Notes under the pieces: generated by a model
What the model saw: only the letters and a program-made list of their open reading frames with translations
Told to the model about the DNA's origin: nothing
The model's database searches: none
Made by a program: the position numbers and the translations under genes
In this document: one piece after another, positions 23,674-38,600 of the stretch
Layout of the letters: each line of letters begins with the position of its first letter
How positions within the stretch are numbered: position 1 is the stretch's first letter
Assembly: GCA_046563655.1 (NCBI GenBank)
Contig: CM102287.1
Location: forward strand, 1,674,001 to 1,738,000
Length of the DNA: 64,000 nucleotides
Direction: 5' to 3'
Source: Yuukianura sp. NJ FZ-2021
Lineage: Eukaryota

Positions 23674-26600
23674 AATTGTGATCCAACATAGCCCAGAATG
23701 ACTTCTTTGTCACTTTTTTTGCGAAAAAATTGAATTTTTTGCGAAAAAATTGAATTTTTTCACCAAAAATTGAGCTCTAGGCACTTTATGTGGTGATCGG
23801 ACTTAAATTTTCGGATTGTAATATTGTGATCCAACATAGCCCAGAATGACTCCTTTGTCACTTTTTTTTGCGAAAAAATTGAGTTCTAGGCACTTTATGT
23901 GGTGATCGGACTCAAATTTTCGGATTGCAAAATTGTGATCCAACATAGCCCAGAATGACTCCTTTGTCACTTTTTTTTGCGAAAAAATTGAATTTTTTCA
24001 CCAAAAATTTAGTTCTAGGCACTTTATGTGGTGATCGGACTCAAATTTTCGGATTGCAAAATTGTGATCCAACATAGCCCAGAATGACTCCTTTGTCACT
24101 TTTTTTGCGAAAAAATTAAGTTCTAGGCACTTTATGGGGTGATCGGACTCAAATTTTCGGATTGCAAAATTGTGATCCAACATAGCCCAGAATGACTCCT
24201 TTGTCACTTTTTTTGCGAAAAAATTGAATTTTTTCACCAAAAATTGAGTTCTAGGCACTTTATGTGGTGATCGGACTTAAATTTTCGGATTGTAATATTG
24301 TGATCCAACATAGCCCAGAATGACTTATTTGTCCCTTTTTGGTGAAAAAATTGAATTTTTTCACCAAAAATTGAGTTCTAGGCACTTTATATGGTTATCG
24401 GACTTAAATTTTCGGATTGAAAAATTGTGATCCAACGTAGCCCAGAATGACTTTGTCACTTTTTGGTGAAGAAATTGAATTTTTTCACCAAAAATTGAGT
24501 TCTAGGCACTTTATGTGGTGATCGGACCCAATTTTCGGATTGCAAAATTGTGATCCAACATAGCCCAGAATGACTCCTTTGTCACTTTTTTTTGCGAAAA
24601 AATTGAATTTTTTCACCAAAAATTTAGTTCTAGGCACTTTATGTGGTGATCGGACTCAAATTTTCGGATTGCAAAATTGTTGTTGTTGTTGCTTAGTTTA
24701 TTTTCCTATTCCGGATAGGTTTTTAAAAATAAACAGTTGTATACTGTCATTAGGTTAAGTGTTTAAAATTGTTTTCAATCAGTCAATTCGATTAATTAGT
24801 AATAGTTGAGCATTATTTTGATAATGAAAATGAAAATCATTTGATAATAGTAAACATCAAAGGTAAAAAGGTAAAAAGAAAGTAAAAATGAGAGAGAAAA
24901 AAGAGAAACATTAAATGAACTTCCTACTAGGTTGCTTGTTGTTTTCTTTCGTGAGGACGTCATTTTCTTGTATCTTCAGAAACTGTTTGTGTATGGCCGC
25001 TTTGAACGCTCCTTTAGTTTTGAGTTCCGTCGTTGCTTTTGGCAAGTAACCCCATAGTAGCTTCGTTTTTGATTTAAAAGAATTAGGAGTGATTGTTGTG
25101 TTCCTGGAGTGAATCATTTTTCGTGTTCTTAAGCCGGCTTCTTCTTCGGTGTCGTGCAAGTATTTCTCAAAATATGGAATGCTACGGTTGTTGAGGATAT
25201 CAAATGCATGAAGTAGTACCATCATGTTGTGTTGATGAGTAGGGAAGAGCCAACCAAGTTCCTTTGTGATCCGTAATTTCACTTTGTCGTATTTCTTGCT
25301 CTTGAGAATAAAGTGACCCGCCGTGCGTACTATTTTTTCCGCTGATTTCAATTGTACTTTAGTTGCGCTACCCCATATTTCACCCATGTACCAAAGTTTA
25401 GACAAAACGTAAGATGTCATCAGAGTTTTTCGGTTGTCTTGTGTAAGAAGTCTTTGCATAGGGTAGAGTGAGAATATGATTTTTAAACATTTCTTTGTTG
25501 TGTTCATGATATGTGAATCCCACTTCAAGCAACCGTCTATGTTAAGGCCGAGGCTGGTGAGTGTTTCTGTTGTTCCGACTGTTACATTCTGAAATTGAAA
25601 CTGCACTCCTTGAATTATATTCCTTATCTTCGGTTTTGCCACGATGAGGATTCCAGTTTTCTCAGGGTGAATTGTGAATCCGTTTTTTTGTGAATCCGTT
25701 GTGAATTGTGATCCAACATAGCCCAGAATGACTTCTTAGTCACTTTTTGGTGAAAAAATTGAATTTTTTCACCAAAAATTGAGTTCTAGGCACTTTATGT
25801 GGTGATCGGACTCAAATTTTCGGATTGCAAAATTGTGATCCAACATAGCCCAGAATGACCCCTTTGTCACTTTTTTTTGCGAAAAAATTGAATTTTTTCA
25901 CCAAAAATTTAGTTCTAGGCACTTTATGTGGTGATCGGACTCAAATTTTCGGATTGCAAAATTGTGATTCAAAGTAGCCCAGAATGACTTCTTTGTCACT
26001 TTTTTTTGCGAAAAAATTGAATTTTTTCACCAAAAATTGAGTTCTAGGCACTGTATGTGGTGATTGGACTTAAATTTTCGGATTGCAAAATTGTGATCCA
26101 CCATAGCCCAGAATGACTCCTTTGTCACTTTTTTTGCGAAAAAATTGAATTTTTTCACCAAAAATTGAGCTCTAGGCACTTTATGTGGTGATCGGACTTA
26201 AATTTTCGCATTGTAATATTGTGATCCAACATAGCCCAGAATGACTTCTTTGTCACTTTTTGGTGAAAAAATTGAATTTTTTCACCAAAAATTGAGTTCT
26301 AGGCACTTTATGTGGTGATCGGACTCAAATTTTCGGATTGCAAAATTGTGATCCAACATAGCCCAGAATGACTCCTTTGTCACTTTTTTTGCAAAAAAAT
26401 TGAATTTTTTCACCAAAAATTGAGTTATAGGCACTTTATATGGTTATCGGACTTAAATTTTCGGATTGAAAAATTGTGATCCAACGTAGCCCAGAATGAC
26501 TTTGTCACTTTTTGGTGAAGAAATTGAATTTTTTCACCAAAAATTGAGTTCTAGGCACTTTATGTGGTGATCGGACCCAATTTTCGGATTGCAAAATTGT

Positions 26601-29600
26601 GATCCAACATAGCCCAGAATGACTCCTTTGTCACTTTTTTTTGCGAAAAATTGAATTTTTTCACCAAAAATTTAGTTCTAGGCACTTTATGTGGTGATCG
26701 GACTCAAATTTTCGGATTGCAAAATTGTTGTTGTTGTTGCTTAGTTTATTTTCCTATTCCGGATAGGTTTTTAAAAATAAACAGTTGTATACTGTCATTA
26801 GGTTAAGTGTTTAAAATTGTTTTCAATCAGTCAATTCGATTAATTAGTAATAGCTGAGCATTATTTTGATAATGAAAATGAAAATCATTTGATAATAGTA
26901 AACATCAAAGGTAAAAAGGTAAAAAGAAAGTAAAAATGAGAGAGAAAAAAAAAGAGAAACATTAAATGAACTTCCTACTAGGTTGCTTGTTGTTTTTCTT
27001 TCGTGAGGACGTCATTTTCTTGTATCTTCAGAAACTGTTTGTGTATGGCCGCTTTGAACGCTCCTTTAGTTTTGAGTTCCGTCGTTGCTTTTGGCAAGTA
27101 ACCCCATAGTAGCTTCGTTTTTGATTTAAAAGAATTAGGAGTGATTGTTGTGTTCCTGGAGTGAATCATTTTTCGTGTTCTTAAGCCGGCTTCTTCTTCG
27201 GTGTCGTGCAAGTATTTCTCAAAATATGGAATGCTACGGTTGTTGAGGATATCAAATGCATGAAGTAGTACCATCATGTTGTGTTGATGAGTAGGGAAGA
27301 GCCAACCAAGTTCCTTTGTGATCCGTAATTTCACTTTGTCGTATTTCTTGCTCTTGAGAATAAAGTGACCCGCCGTGCGTACTATTTTTTCCGCTGATTT
27401 CAATTGTACTTTAGTTGCGCTACCCCATATTTCACCCATGTACCAAAGTTTAGACAAAACGTAAGATGTCATCAGAGTTTTTCGGTTGTCTTGTGTAAGA
27501 AGTCTTTGCATAGGGTAGAGTGAGAATATGATTTTTAAACATTTCTTTGTTGTGTTCATGATATGTGAATCCCACTTCAAGCAACAGTCTATGTTAAGGC
27601 CGAGGCTGGTGAGTGTTTCTGTTGTTCCGACTGTTACATTCTGAAATTGAAACTGCACTCCTTGAATTATATTCCTTATCTTCGGTTTTGCCACGATGAG
27701 GATTCCAGTTTTCTCAGGGTGAATTGTGAATCCGTTTTTTTGTGAATCCGTTGTGAATTGTGATCCAACATAGCCCAGAATGACTTCTTTGTCACTTTTT
27801 TTGCGAAAAAATTGAATTTTTTTGCGAAAAAATTGAATTTTTTCACCAAAAATTGAGCTCTAGGCACTTTATGTGGTGATCGGACTTAAATTTTCGGATT
27901 GTAATATTGTGATCCAACATAGCCCAGAATGACTCCTTTGTCACTTTTTTTTGCGAAAAAATTGAGTTCTAGGCACTTTATGTGGTGATCGGACTCAAAT
28001 TTTCGGATTGCAAAATTGTGATCCAACATAGCCCAGAATGACTCCTTTGTCACTTTTTTTTGCGAAAAAATTGAATTTTTTCACCAAAAATTGAGTTCTA
28101 GGCACTTTATGTGGTGATCGGACTTAAATTTTCGGATTGTAATATTGTGATCCAACATAGCCCAGAATGACTTATTTGTCCCTTTTTGGTGAAAAAATTG
28201 AATTTTTTCACCAAAAATTGAGTTCTAGGCACTTTATATGGTTATCGGACTTAAATTTTCGGATTGAAAAATTGTGATCCAACGTAGCCCAGAATGACTT
28301 TGTCACTTTTTGGTGAAGAAATTGAATTTTTTCACCAAAAATTGAGTTCTAGGCACTTTATGTGGTGATCGGACCCAATTTTCGGATTGCAAAATTGTGA
28401 TCCAACATAGCCCAGAATGACTCCTTTGTCACTTTTTTGCGAAAAAATTGAATTTTTTCACCAAAAATTTAGTTCTAGGCACTTTATGTGGTGATCGGAC
28501 TCAAATTTTCGGATTGCAAAATTGTTGTTGTTGTTGCTTAGTTTATTTTCCTATTCCGGATAGGTTTTTAAAAATAAACAGTTGTATACTGTCATTAGGT
28601 TAAGTGTTTAAAATTGTTTTCAATCAGTCAATTCGATTAATTAGTAATAGTTGAGCATTATTTTGATAATGAAAATGAAAATCATTTGATAATAGTAAAC
28701 ATCAAAGGTAAAAAGGTAAAAAGAAAGTAAAAATGAGAGAGAAAAAAAAAGAGAAACATTAAATGAACTTCCTACTAGGTTGCTTGTTGTTTTCTTTCGT
28801 GAGGACGTCATTTTCTTGTATCTTCAGAAACTGTTTGTGTATGGCCGCTTTGAACGCTCCTTTAGTTTTGAGTTCCGTCGTTGCTTTTGGCAAGTAACCC
28901 CATAGTAGCTTCGTTTTTGATTTAAAAGAATTAGGAGTGATTGTTGTGTTCCTGGAGTGAATCATTTTTCGTGTTCTTAAGCCGGCTTCTTCTTCGGTGT
29001 CGTGCAAGTATTTCTCAAAATATGGAATGCTACGGTTGTTGAGGATATCAAATGCATGAAGTAGTACCATCATGTTGTGTTGATGAGTAGGGAAGAGCCA
29101 ACCAAGTTCCTTTGTGATCCGTAATTTCACTTTGTCGTATTTCTTGCTCTTGAGAATAAAGTGACTCCGCCGTGCGTACTATTTTTTCCGCTGATTTCAA
29201 TTGTACTTTAGTTGCGCTACCCCATATTTCACCCATGTACCAAAGTTTAGACAAAACGTAAGATGTCATCAGAGTTTTTCGGTTGTCTTGTGTAAGAAGT
29301 CTTTGCATAGGGTAGAGTGAGAATATGATTTTTAAACATTTCTTTGTTGTGTTCATGATATGTGAATCCCACTTCAAGCAACCGTCTATGTTAAGGCCGA
29401 GGCTGGTGAGTGTTTCTGTTGTTCCGACTGTTACATTCTGAAATTGAAACTGCACTCCTTGAATTATATTCCTTATCTTCGGTTTTGCCACGATGAGGAT
29501 TCCAGTTTTCTCAGGGTGAATTGTGAATCCGTTTTTTGTGAATCCGTTGTGAATTGTGATCCAACATAGCCCAGAATGACTTCTTAGTCACTTTTTGGTG

Positions 29601-32600
29601 AAAAATTGAATTTTTTCACCAAAAATTGAGTTCTAGGCACTTTATGTGGTGATCGGACTCAAATTTTCGGATTGCAAAATTGTGATCCAACATAGCCCAG
29701 AATGACCCCTTTGTCACTTTTTTTTTTCGAAAAAATTGAATTTTTTCACCAAAAATTTAGTTCTAGGCACTTTATGTGGTGATCGGACTCAAATTTTCGG
29801 ATTGCAAAATTGTGATTCAAAGTAGCCCAGAATGACTTCTTTGTCACTTTTTTTTGCGAAAAAATTGAATTTTTTCACCAAAAATTGAGTTCTAGGCACT
29901 GTATGTGGTGATCGGACTTAAATTTTCGGATTGCAAAATTGTGATCCACCATAGCCCAGAATGACTCCTTTGTCACTTTTTTTGCGAAAAAATTGAATTT
30001 TTTCACCAAAAATTGAGCTCTAGGCACTTTATGTGGTGATCGGACTTAAATTTTCGGATTGTAATATTGTGATCCAACATAGCCCAGAATGACTTCTTTG
30101 TCACTTTTTGGTGAAAAAATTGAATTTTTTCACCAAAAATTGAGTTCTAGGCACTTTATGTGGTGATCGGACTCAAATTTTCGGATTGCAAAATTGTGAT
30201 CCAACATAGCCCAGAATGACTCCTTTGTCACTTTTTTGCGAAAAAATTGAATTTTTTCACCAAAAATTTAGTTCTAGGCACTTTATGTGGTGATCGGACT
30301 CAAATTTTCGGATTGCAAAATTGTGATCCAACATAGCCCAGAATGACTCCTTTGTCACTTTTTTGCGAAAAAATTGAATTTTTTCACCAAAAATTGAGTT
30401 CTAGGCACTTTATGTGGTGATCGGACTTAAATTTTCGGATTGTAATATTGTGATCCAACATAGCCCAGAATGACTTATTTGTCCCTTTTTGGTGAAAAAA
30501 TTGAATTTTTTCACCAAAAATTGAGTTCTAGGCACTTTATATGGTTATCGGACTTAAATTTTCGGATTGAAAAATTGTGATCCAACGTAGCCCAGAATGA
30601 CTTTGTCACTTTTTGGTGAAAAAATTGAATTTTTTCACCAAAAATTGAGTTCTAGGCACTTTATGTGGTGATCGGACCCAATTTTCGGATTGCAAAATTG
30701 TGATCCAACATAGCCCAGAATGACTCCTTTGTCACTTTTTTTTGCGAAAAAATTCAATTTTTTCACCAAAAATTTAGTTCTAGGTACTTTATGTGGTGAT
30801 CGGACTCAAATTTTCGGATTGCAAAATTGTTGTTGTTGTTGCTTAGTTTATTTTCCTATTCCGGATAGGTTTTTAAAAATAAACAGTTGTATACTGTCAT
30901 TAGGTTAAGTGTTTAAAATTGTTTTCAATCAGTCAATTCGATTAATTAGTAATAGTTGAGCATTATTTTGATAATGAAAATGAAAATCATTTGATAATAG
31001 TAAACGTCAAAGGTAAAAAGGTAAAAAGAAAGTAAAAATTAGAGAGAAAAAAAAAGAGAAACATTAAATGAACTTCCTACTAGGTTGCTTGTTGTTTTCT
31101 TTCGTGAGGACGTCATTTTCTTGTATCTTCAGAAACTGTTTGTGTATGGCCGCTTTGAACGCTCCTTTAGTTTTGAGTTCCGTCGTTGCTTTTGGCAAGT
31201 AACCCCATAGTAGTTTCGTTTTTGATTTAAAAGAATTAGGAGTGATTGTTGTGTTCCTTGAGTGAATCATTTTTCGTGTTCTTAAGCCGGCTTCTTCTTC
31301 GGTGTCGTGCAAGTATTTCTCAAAATATGGAATGCTACGGTTGTTGAGGATATCAAATGCATGAAGTAGTACCATCATGTTGTGTTGATGAGTGGGGAAG
31401 AGCCAACCAAGTTCCTTTGTGATCCGTAATTTCACTTTGTCGTATTTCTTGCTCTTGAGAATAAAGTGACCCGCCGTGCGTACTATTTTTCCGCTGATTT
31501 CAATTGTACTTTAGTTGCGCTACCCCATATTTCACCCATGTACCAAAGTTTAGACAAAACGTAAGATGTCATCAGAGTTTTTCGGTTGTCTTGTGTAAGA
31601 AGTCTTTGCATAGGGTAGAGTGAGAATATGATTTTTAAACATTTCTTTGTTGTGTTCATGATATGTGAATCCCACTTCAAGCAACCGTCTATGTTAAGGC
31701 CGAGGCTGGTGAGTGTTTCTGTTGTTCCGACTGTTACATTCTGAAATTGAAACTGCACTCCTTGAATTATATTCCTTATCTTCGGTTTTGCCACGATGAG
31801 GATTCCAGTTTTCTCAGGGTGAATTGTGAATCCGTTTTTTTGTGAATCCGTTGTGAATTGTGATCCAACATAGCCCAGAATGACCCCTTTGTCACTTTTT
31901 TTTGCGAAAAAATTGAATTTTTTCACCAAAAATTTAGTTCTAGGCACTTTATGTGGTGATCGGACTGAAATTTTCGGATTGCAAAATTGTGATCCAACAT
32001 AGCCCAGAATGACTCCTTTGTCACTTTTTTTTGCGAAAAAATTGAATTTTTTCACCAAAAATTGAGTTCTAGGCACTTTATGTGGTGATCGGACTCAAAT
32101 TTTCGGATTGCAAAATTGTGATCCAACATAGCCCAGAATGACCCCTTTGTCACTTTTTTTTGCGAAAAAATTGAATTTTTTTCACCAAAAATTTAGTTCT
32201 AGGCACTTTATGTTGTGATCGGACTCAAATTTTCGGATTGCAAAATTGTGATCCAACATAGCCCAGAATGACTCCTTTGTCACTTTTTTTGCGAAAAAAT
32301 TGAATTTTTTCACCAAAAATTGAGTTCTAGGCACTTTATGTGGTGATCGGACTCAAATTTTCGGATTGCAAAATTGTGATCCAACATAGCCCAGAAAGAC
32401 TCCTTTGTCACTTTTTTTTGCGAAAAAATTGAATTTTTTCACCAAAAATTGAGTTCTAGGCACTTTATGTGGTGATCGGACTCAAATTTTCGGATTGCAA
32501 AATTGGTGTTGTTGTTGTTTAGTTTATTTTCCTATTCCGGATAGGTTTTTAAAAATAAACAGTTGTATACTGTCATTAGGTTAAGTGTTTAAAATTGTTT

Positions 32601-35600
32601 TCAATCAGTCAATTCGATTAATTAGTAATAGTTGAGCATTATTTTGATAATGAAAATGAAAATCATTTGATAATAGTAAACATCAAAGGTAAAAAGGTAA
32701 AAAGAAAGTAAAAATGAGAGAGAGAGAGAAAAAAAAAAAAGAGAAACATTAAGTGAACTTCCTACTAGGTTGCTTGTTGTTTTCTTTCGTGAGGACATCA
32801 TTTTCTTGTATCTTCAGAAACTGTTTGTGTATGGCCGCTTTGAACGCTCCTTTAGTTTTGAGTTCCGTCGTTGCTTTTGGCAAGTAACCCCATAGTAGTT
32901 TCGTTTTTGATTTAAAAGAATTAGGAGTGATTGTTGTGTTCCTGGAGTGAATCATTTTTCGTGTTCTTAAGCCGGCTTCTTCTTCGGTGTCGTGCAAGTA
33001 TTTCTCAAAATATGGAATGCTACGGTTGTTGAGGATATCAAATGCATGAAGTAGTACCATCATGTTGTGTTGATGAGTAGGGAAGAGCCACCCAAGTTCC
33101 TTTGTGATCCGTAATTTCACTTTGTCGTATTTCTTGCTCTTGAGAATAAAGTGACCCGCCGTGCGTACTATTTTTTCCGCTGATTTCAATTGTACTTTAG
33201 TTGCGCTACCCCATATTTCAGCCATGTACCAAAGCTTAGACAAAACGTAAGATGTCATCAGAGTTTTTCGGTTGTCTTGTGTAAGAAGTCTTTGCATAGG
33301 GTAGAGTGAGAATATGATTTTTAAACATTTCTTTGTTGTGTTCATGATATGTGAATCCCACTTCAAGCAACCGTCTATGTTAAGGCCGAGGCTGGTGAGT
33401 GTTTCTGTTGTTCCGACTGTTACATTCTGAAATTGAAACTGCACTCCTTGAATTATATTCCTTATCTTCGGTTTTGCCACGATGAGGATTCCAGTTTTCT
33501 CAGGGTGAATTGTGAATCCGTTTTTTTGTGAATCCGTTGTGAATTGTGATCCAACATAGCCCAGAATGACTTCTTAGTCACTTTTTGGTGAAAAAATTGA
33601 ATTTTTTCACCAAAAATTGAGTTCTAGGCACTTTATGTGGTGATCGGACTTAAATTTTCGGATTGCAATATTGTGATCCACCATAGCCCAGAATGACTCC
33701 TTTGTCACTTTTTTTGCGAAAAAATTGAATTTTTTCACCAAAAATTGAGTTCTAGGCACTTTATGTGGTGATCGGACTTAAATTTTCGGATTGTAATATT
33801 GTGATCCAACATAGCCCAGAATGACTTATTTGTCCCTTTTTGGTGAAAAAATTGAATTTTTTCACCAAAAATTGAGTGCTAGGCACTTTATATGGTTATC
33901 GGACTTAAATTTTCGGATTGAAAAATTGTGATCCAACGTAGCCCAGAATGACTTTGTCATTTTTTTTGCAAAAAAATTGAATTTTTTCACCAAAAATTGA
34001 GTTCTAGGCACTTTATGTGGTGATCGGACTCAAATTTTCGGATTGCAAAATTGGTGTTGTTGTTGTTTAGTTTATTTTCCTATTCCGGATAGGTTTTTAA
34101 AAATAAACAGTTGTATACTGTCATTAGGTTAAGTGTTTAAAATTGTTTTCAATCAGTCAATTCGATTAATTAGTAATAGTTGAGCATTATTTTGATAATG
34201 AAAATGAAAATCATTTGATAATAGTAAACATCAAAGGTAAAAAGGTAAAAAGAAAGTAAAAATGAGAGAGAAAAAAGAGAAACATTAAATGAACTTCCTA
34301 CTAGGTTGCTTGTTGTTTTCTTTCGTGAGGACGTCATTTTCTTGTATCTTCAGAAACTGTTTGTGTATGGCCGCTTTGAACGCTCCTTTAGTTTTGAGTT
34401 CCGTCGTTGCTTTTGGCAAGTAACCCCATAGTAGTTTCGTTTTTGATTTAAAAGAATTAGGAGTGATTGTTGTGTTCCTGGAGTGAATCATTTTTCGTGT
34501 TCTTAAGCCGGCTTCTTCTTCGGTGTCGTGCAAGTATTTCTCAAAATATGGAATGCTACGGTTGTTGAGGATATCAAATGCATGAAGTAGTACCATCATG
34601 TTGTGTTGATGAGTAGGGAAGAGCCACCCAAGTTCCTTTGTGATCCGTAATTTCACTTTGTCGTATTTCTTGCTCTTGAGAATAAAGTGACCCGCCGTGC
34701 GTACTATTTTTCCGCTGATTTCAATTGTACTTTAGTTGCGCTACCCCATATTTCAGCCATGTACCAAAGCTTAGACAAAACGTAAGATGTCATCAGAGTT
34801 TTTCGGTTGTCTTGTGTAAGAAGTCTTTGCATAGGGTAGAGTGAGAATATGATTTTTAAACATTTCTTTGTTGTGTTCATGATATGTGAATCCCACTTCA
34901 AGCAACCGTCTATGTTAAGGCCGAGGCTGGTGAGTGTTTCTGTTGTTCCGACTGTTACATTCTGAAATTGAAACTGCACTCCTTGAATTATATTCCTTAT
35001 CTTCGGTTTTGCCACGATGAGGATTCCAGTTTTCTCAGGGTGAATTGTGAATCCGTTTTTTTGTGAATCCGTTGTGAATTGTGATCCAACATAGCCCAGA
35101 ATGACTTCTTAGTCACTTTTTGGTGAAAAAATTGAATTTTTTCACCAAAAATTGAGTGCTAGGCACTTTATATGGTTATCGGACTTAAATTTTCGGATTG
35201 AAAAATTGTGATCCAACGTAGCCCAGAATGACTTTGTCATTTTTTTTTGCAAAAAAATTGAATTTTTCACCAAAAATTGAGTTCTAGGCACTTTATGTGG
35301 TGATCGGACTCAAATTTTCGGATTGCAAAATTGTTGTTGTTGTTGTTTAGTTTATTTTCCTATTCCGGATAGGTATTTAAAAATAAACAGTTGTATACTG
35401 TCATTAGGTTAAGTGTTTAAAATTGTTTTCAATCAGTCAATTCGATTAATTAGTAATAGTTGAGCATTATTTTGATAATGAAAATGAAAATCATTTGATA
35501 ATAGTAAACATCAAAGGTAAAAAGGTAAAAAGAAAGTAAAAATGAGAGAGAAAAAAAGAGAAACATTAAATGAACTTCCTACTAGGTTGCTTGTTGTTTT

Positions 35601-38600
35601 CTTTCGTGAGGACGTCATTTTCTTGTATCTTCAGAAACTGTTTGTGTATGGCCGCTTTGAACGCTCCTTTAGTTTTGAGTTCCGTCGTTGCTTTTGGCAA
35701 GTAACCCCATAGTAGTTTCGTTTTTGATTTAAAAGAATTAGGAGTGATTGTTGTGTTCCTGGAGTGAATCATTTTTCGTGTTCTTAAGCCGGCTTCTTCT
35801 TCGGTGTCGTGCAAGTATTTCTCAAAATATGGAATGCTACGGTTGTTGAGGATATCAAATGCATGAAGTAGTACCATCATGTTGTGTTGATGAGTAGGGA
35901 AGAGCCACCCAAGTTCCTTTGTGATCCGTAATTTCACTTTGTCGTATTTCTTGCTCTTGAGAATAAAGTGACTCGCCGTGCGTACTATTTTTTCCGCTGA
36001 TTTCAATTGTACTTTAGTTGCGCTACCCCATATTTCAGCCATGTACCAAAGCTTAGACAAAACGTAAGATGTCATCAGAGTTTTTCGGTTGTCTTGTGTA
36101 AGAAGTCTTTGCATAGGGTAGAGTGAGAATATGATTTTTAAACATTTCTTTGTTGTGTTCATGATATGTGAATCCCACTTCAAGCAACCGTCTATGTTAA
36201 GGCCGAGGCTGGTGAGTGTTTCTGTTGTTCCGACTGTTACATTCTGAAATTGAAACTGCACTCCTTGAATTATATTCCTTATCTTCGGTTTTGCCACGAT
36301 GAGGATTCCAGTTTTCTCAGGGTGAATTGTGAATCCGTTTTTTTGTGAATCCGTTGTGAATTGTGATCCAACATAGCCCAGAATGACTTCTTAGTCACTT
36401 TTTGGTGAAAAAATTGAATTTTTTCACCAAAAATTGAGTGCTAGGCACTTTATATGGTTATCGGACTTAAATTTTCGGATTGAAAAATTGTGATCCAACG
36501 TAGCCCAGAATGACTTTGTCATTTTTTTTTGCAAAAAAATTGAATTTTTTCACCAAAAATTGAGTTCTAGGCACTTTATGTGGTGATCGGACTCAAATTT
36601 TCGGATTGCAAAATTGTTGTTGTTGTTGTTTAGTTTATTTTCCTATTCCGGATAGGTATTTAAAAATAAACAGTTGTATACTGTCATTAGGTTAAGTGTT
36701 TAAAATTGTTTTCAATCAGTCAATTCGATTAATTAGTAATAGTTGAGCATTATTTTGATAATGAAAATGAAAATCATTTGATAATAGTAAACATCAAAGG
36801 TAAAAAGGTAAAAAGAAAGTAAAAATGAGAGAGAAAAAAGAGAAACATTAAATGAACTTCCTACTAGGTTGCTTGTTGTTTTCTTTCGTGAGGACGTCAT
36901 TTTCTTGTATCTTCAGAAACTGTTTGTGTATGGCCGCTTTGAACGCTCCTTTAGTTTTGAGTTCCGTCGTTGCTTTTGGCAAGTAACCCCATAGTAGTTT
37001 CGTTTTTGATTTAAAAGAATTAGGAGTGATTGTTGTGTTCCTGGAGTGAATCATTTTTCGTGTTCTTAAGCCGGCTTCTTCTTCGGTGTCGTGCAAGTAT
37101 TTCTCAAAATATGGAATGCTACGGTTGTTGAGGATATCAAATGCATGAAGTAGTACCATCATGTTGTGTTGATGAGTAGGGAAGAGCCACCCAAGTTCCT
37201 TTGTGATCCGTAATTTCACTTTGTCGTATTTCTTGCTCTTGAGAATAAAGTGACCCGCCGTGCGTACTATTTTTTCCGCTGATTTCAATTGTACTTTAGT
37301 TGCGCTACCCCATATTTCAGCCATGTACCAAAGCTTAGACAAAACGTAAGATGTCATCAGAGTTTTTCGGTTGTCTTGTGTAAGAAGTCTTTGCATAGGG
37401 TAGAGTGAGAATATGATTTTTAAACATTTCTTTGTTGTGTTCATGATATGTGAATCCCACTTCAAGCAACCGTCTATGTTAAGGCCGAGGCTGGTGAGTG
37501 TTTCTGTTGTTCCGACTGTTACATTCTGAAATTGAAACTGCACTCCTTGAATTATATTCCTTATCTTCGGTTTTGCCACGATGAGGATTCCAGTTTTCTC
37601 AGGGTGAATTGTGAATCCGTTTTTTTGTGAATCCGTTGTGAATTGTGATCCAACATAGCCCAGAATGACTTCTTAGTCACTTTTTGGTGAAAAAATTGAA
37701 TTTTTTCACCAAAAATTGAGTTCTAGGCACTTTATGTGGTGATCGGACTTAAATTTTCGGATTGCAATATTGTGATCCACCATAGCCCAGAATGACTCCT
37801 TTGTCACTTTTTTTGCGAAGAAATTGAATTTTTTCACCAAAAATTGAGTTCTAGGCACTTTATGTGGTGATCGGACTTAAATTTTCGGATTGTAATATTG
37901 TGATCCAACATAGCCCAGAATGACTTATTTGTCCCTTTTTGGTGAAAAAATTGAATTTTTTCACCAAAAATTGAGTGCTAGGCACTTTATATGGTTATCG
38001 GACTTAAATTTTCGGATTGAAAAATTGTGATCCAACGTAGCCCAGAATGACTTTGTCATTTTTTTTGCAAAAAATTGAATTTTTTCACCAAAAATTGAGT
38101 TCTAGGCACTTTATGTGGTGATCGGACTCAAATTTTCGGATTGCAAAATTGTTGTTGTTGTTGTTTAGTTTATTTTCCTATTCCGGATAGGTATTTAAAA
38201 ATAAACAGTTGTATACTGTCATTAGGTTAAGTGTTTAAAATTGTTTTCAATCAGTCAATTCGATTAATTAGTAATAGTTGAGCATTATTTTGATAATGAA
38301 AATGAAAATCATTTGATAATAGTAAACATCAAAGGTAAAAAGGTAAAAAGAAAGTAAAAATGAGAGAGAAAAAAAAAGAGAAACATTAAATGAACTTCCT
38401 ACTAGGTTGCTTGTTGTTTTCTTTCGTGAGGACGTCATTTTCTTGTATCTTCAGAAACTGTTTGTGTATGGCCGCTTTGAACGCTCCTTTAGTTTTGAGT
38501 TCCGTCGTTGCTTTTGGCAAGTAACCCCATAGTAGTTTCGTTTTTGATTTAAAAGAATTAGGAGTGATTGTTGTGTTCCTGGAGTGAATCATTTTTCGTG

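Noticed and set aside
31483..32076. Satellite-LINE in-frame fusion ORF (197 aa)
   Set aside because: It arises from a single substitution removing a stop in a 129-bp monomer, has a non-ATG start, occurs in one copy and is frameshifted downstream.
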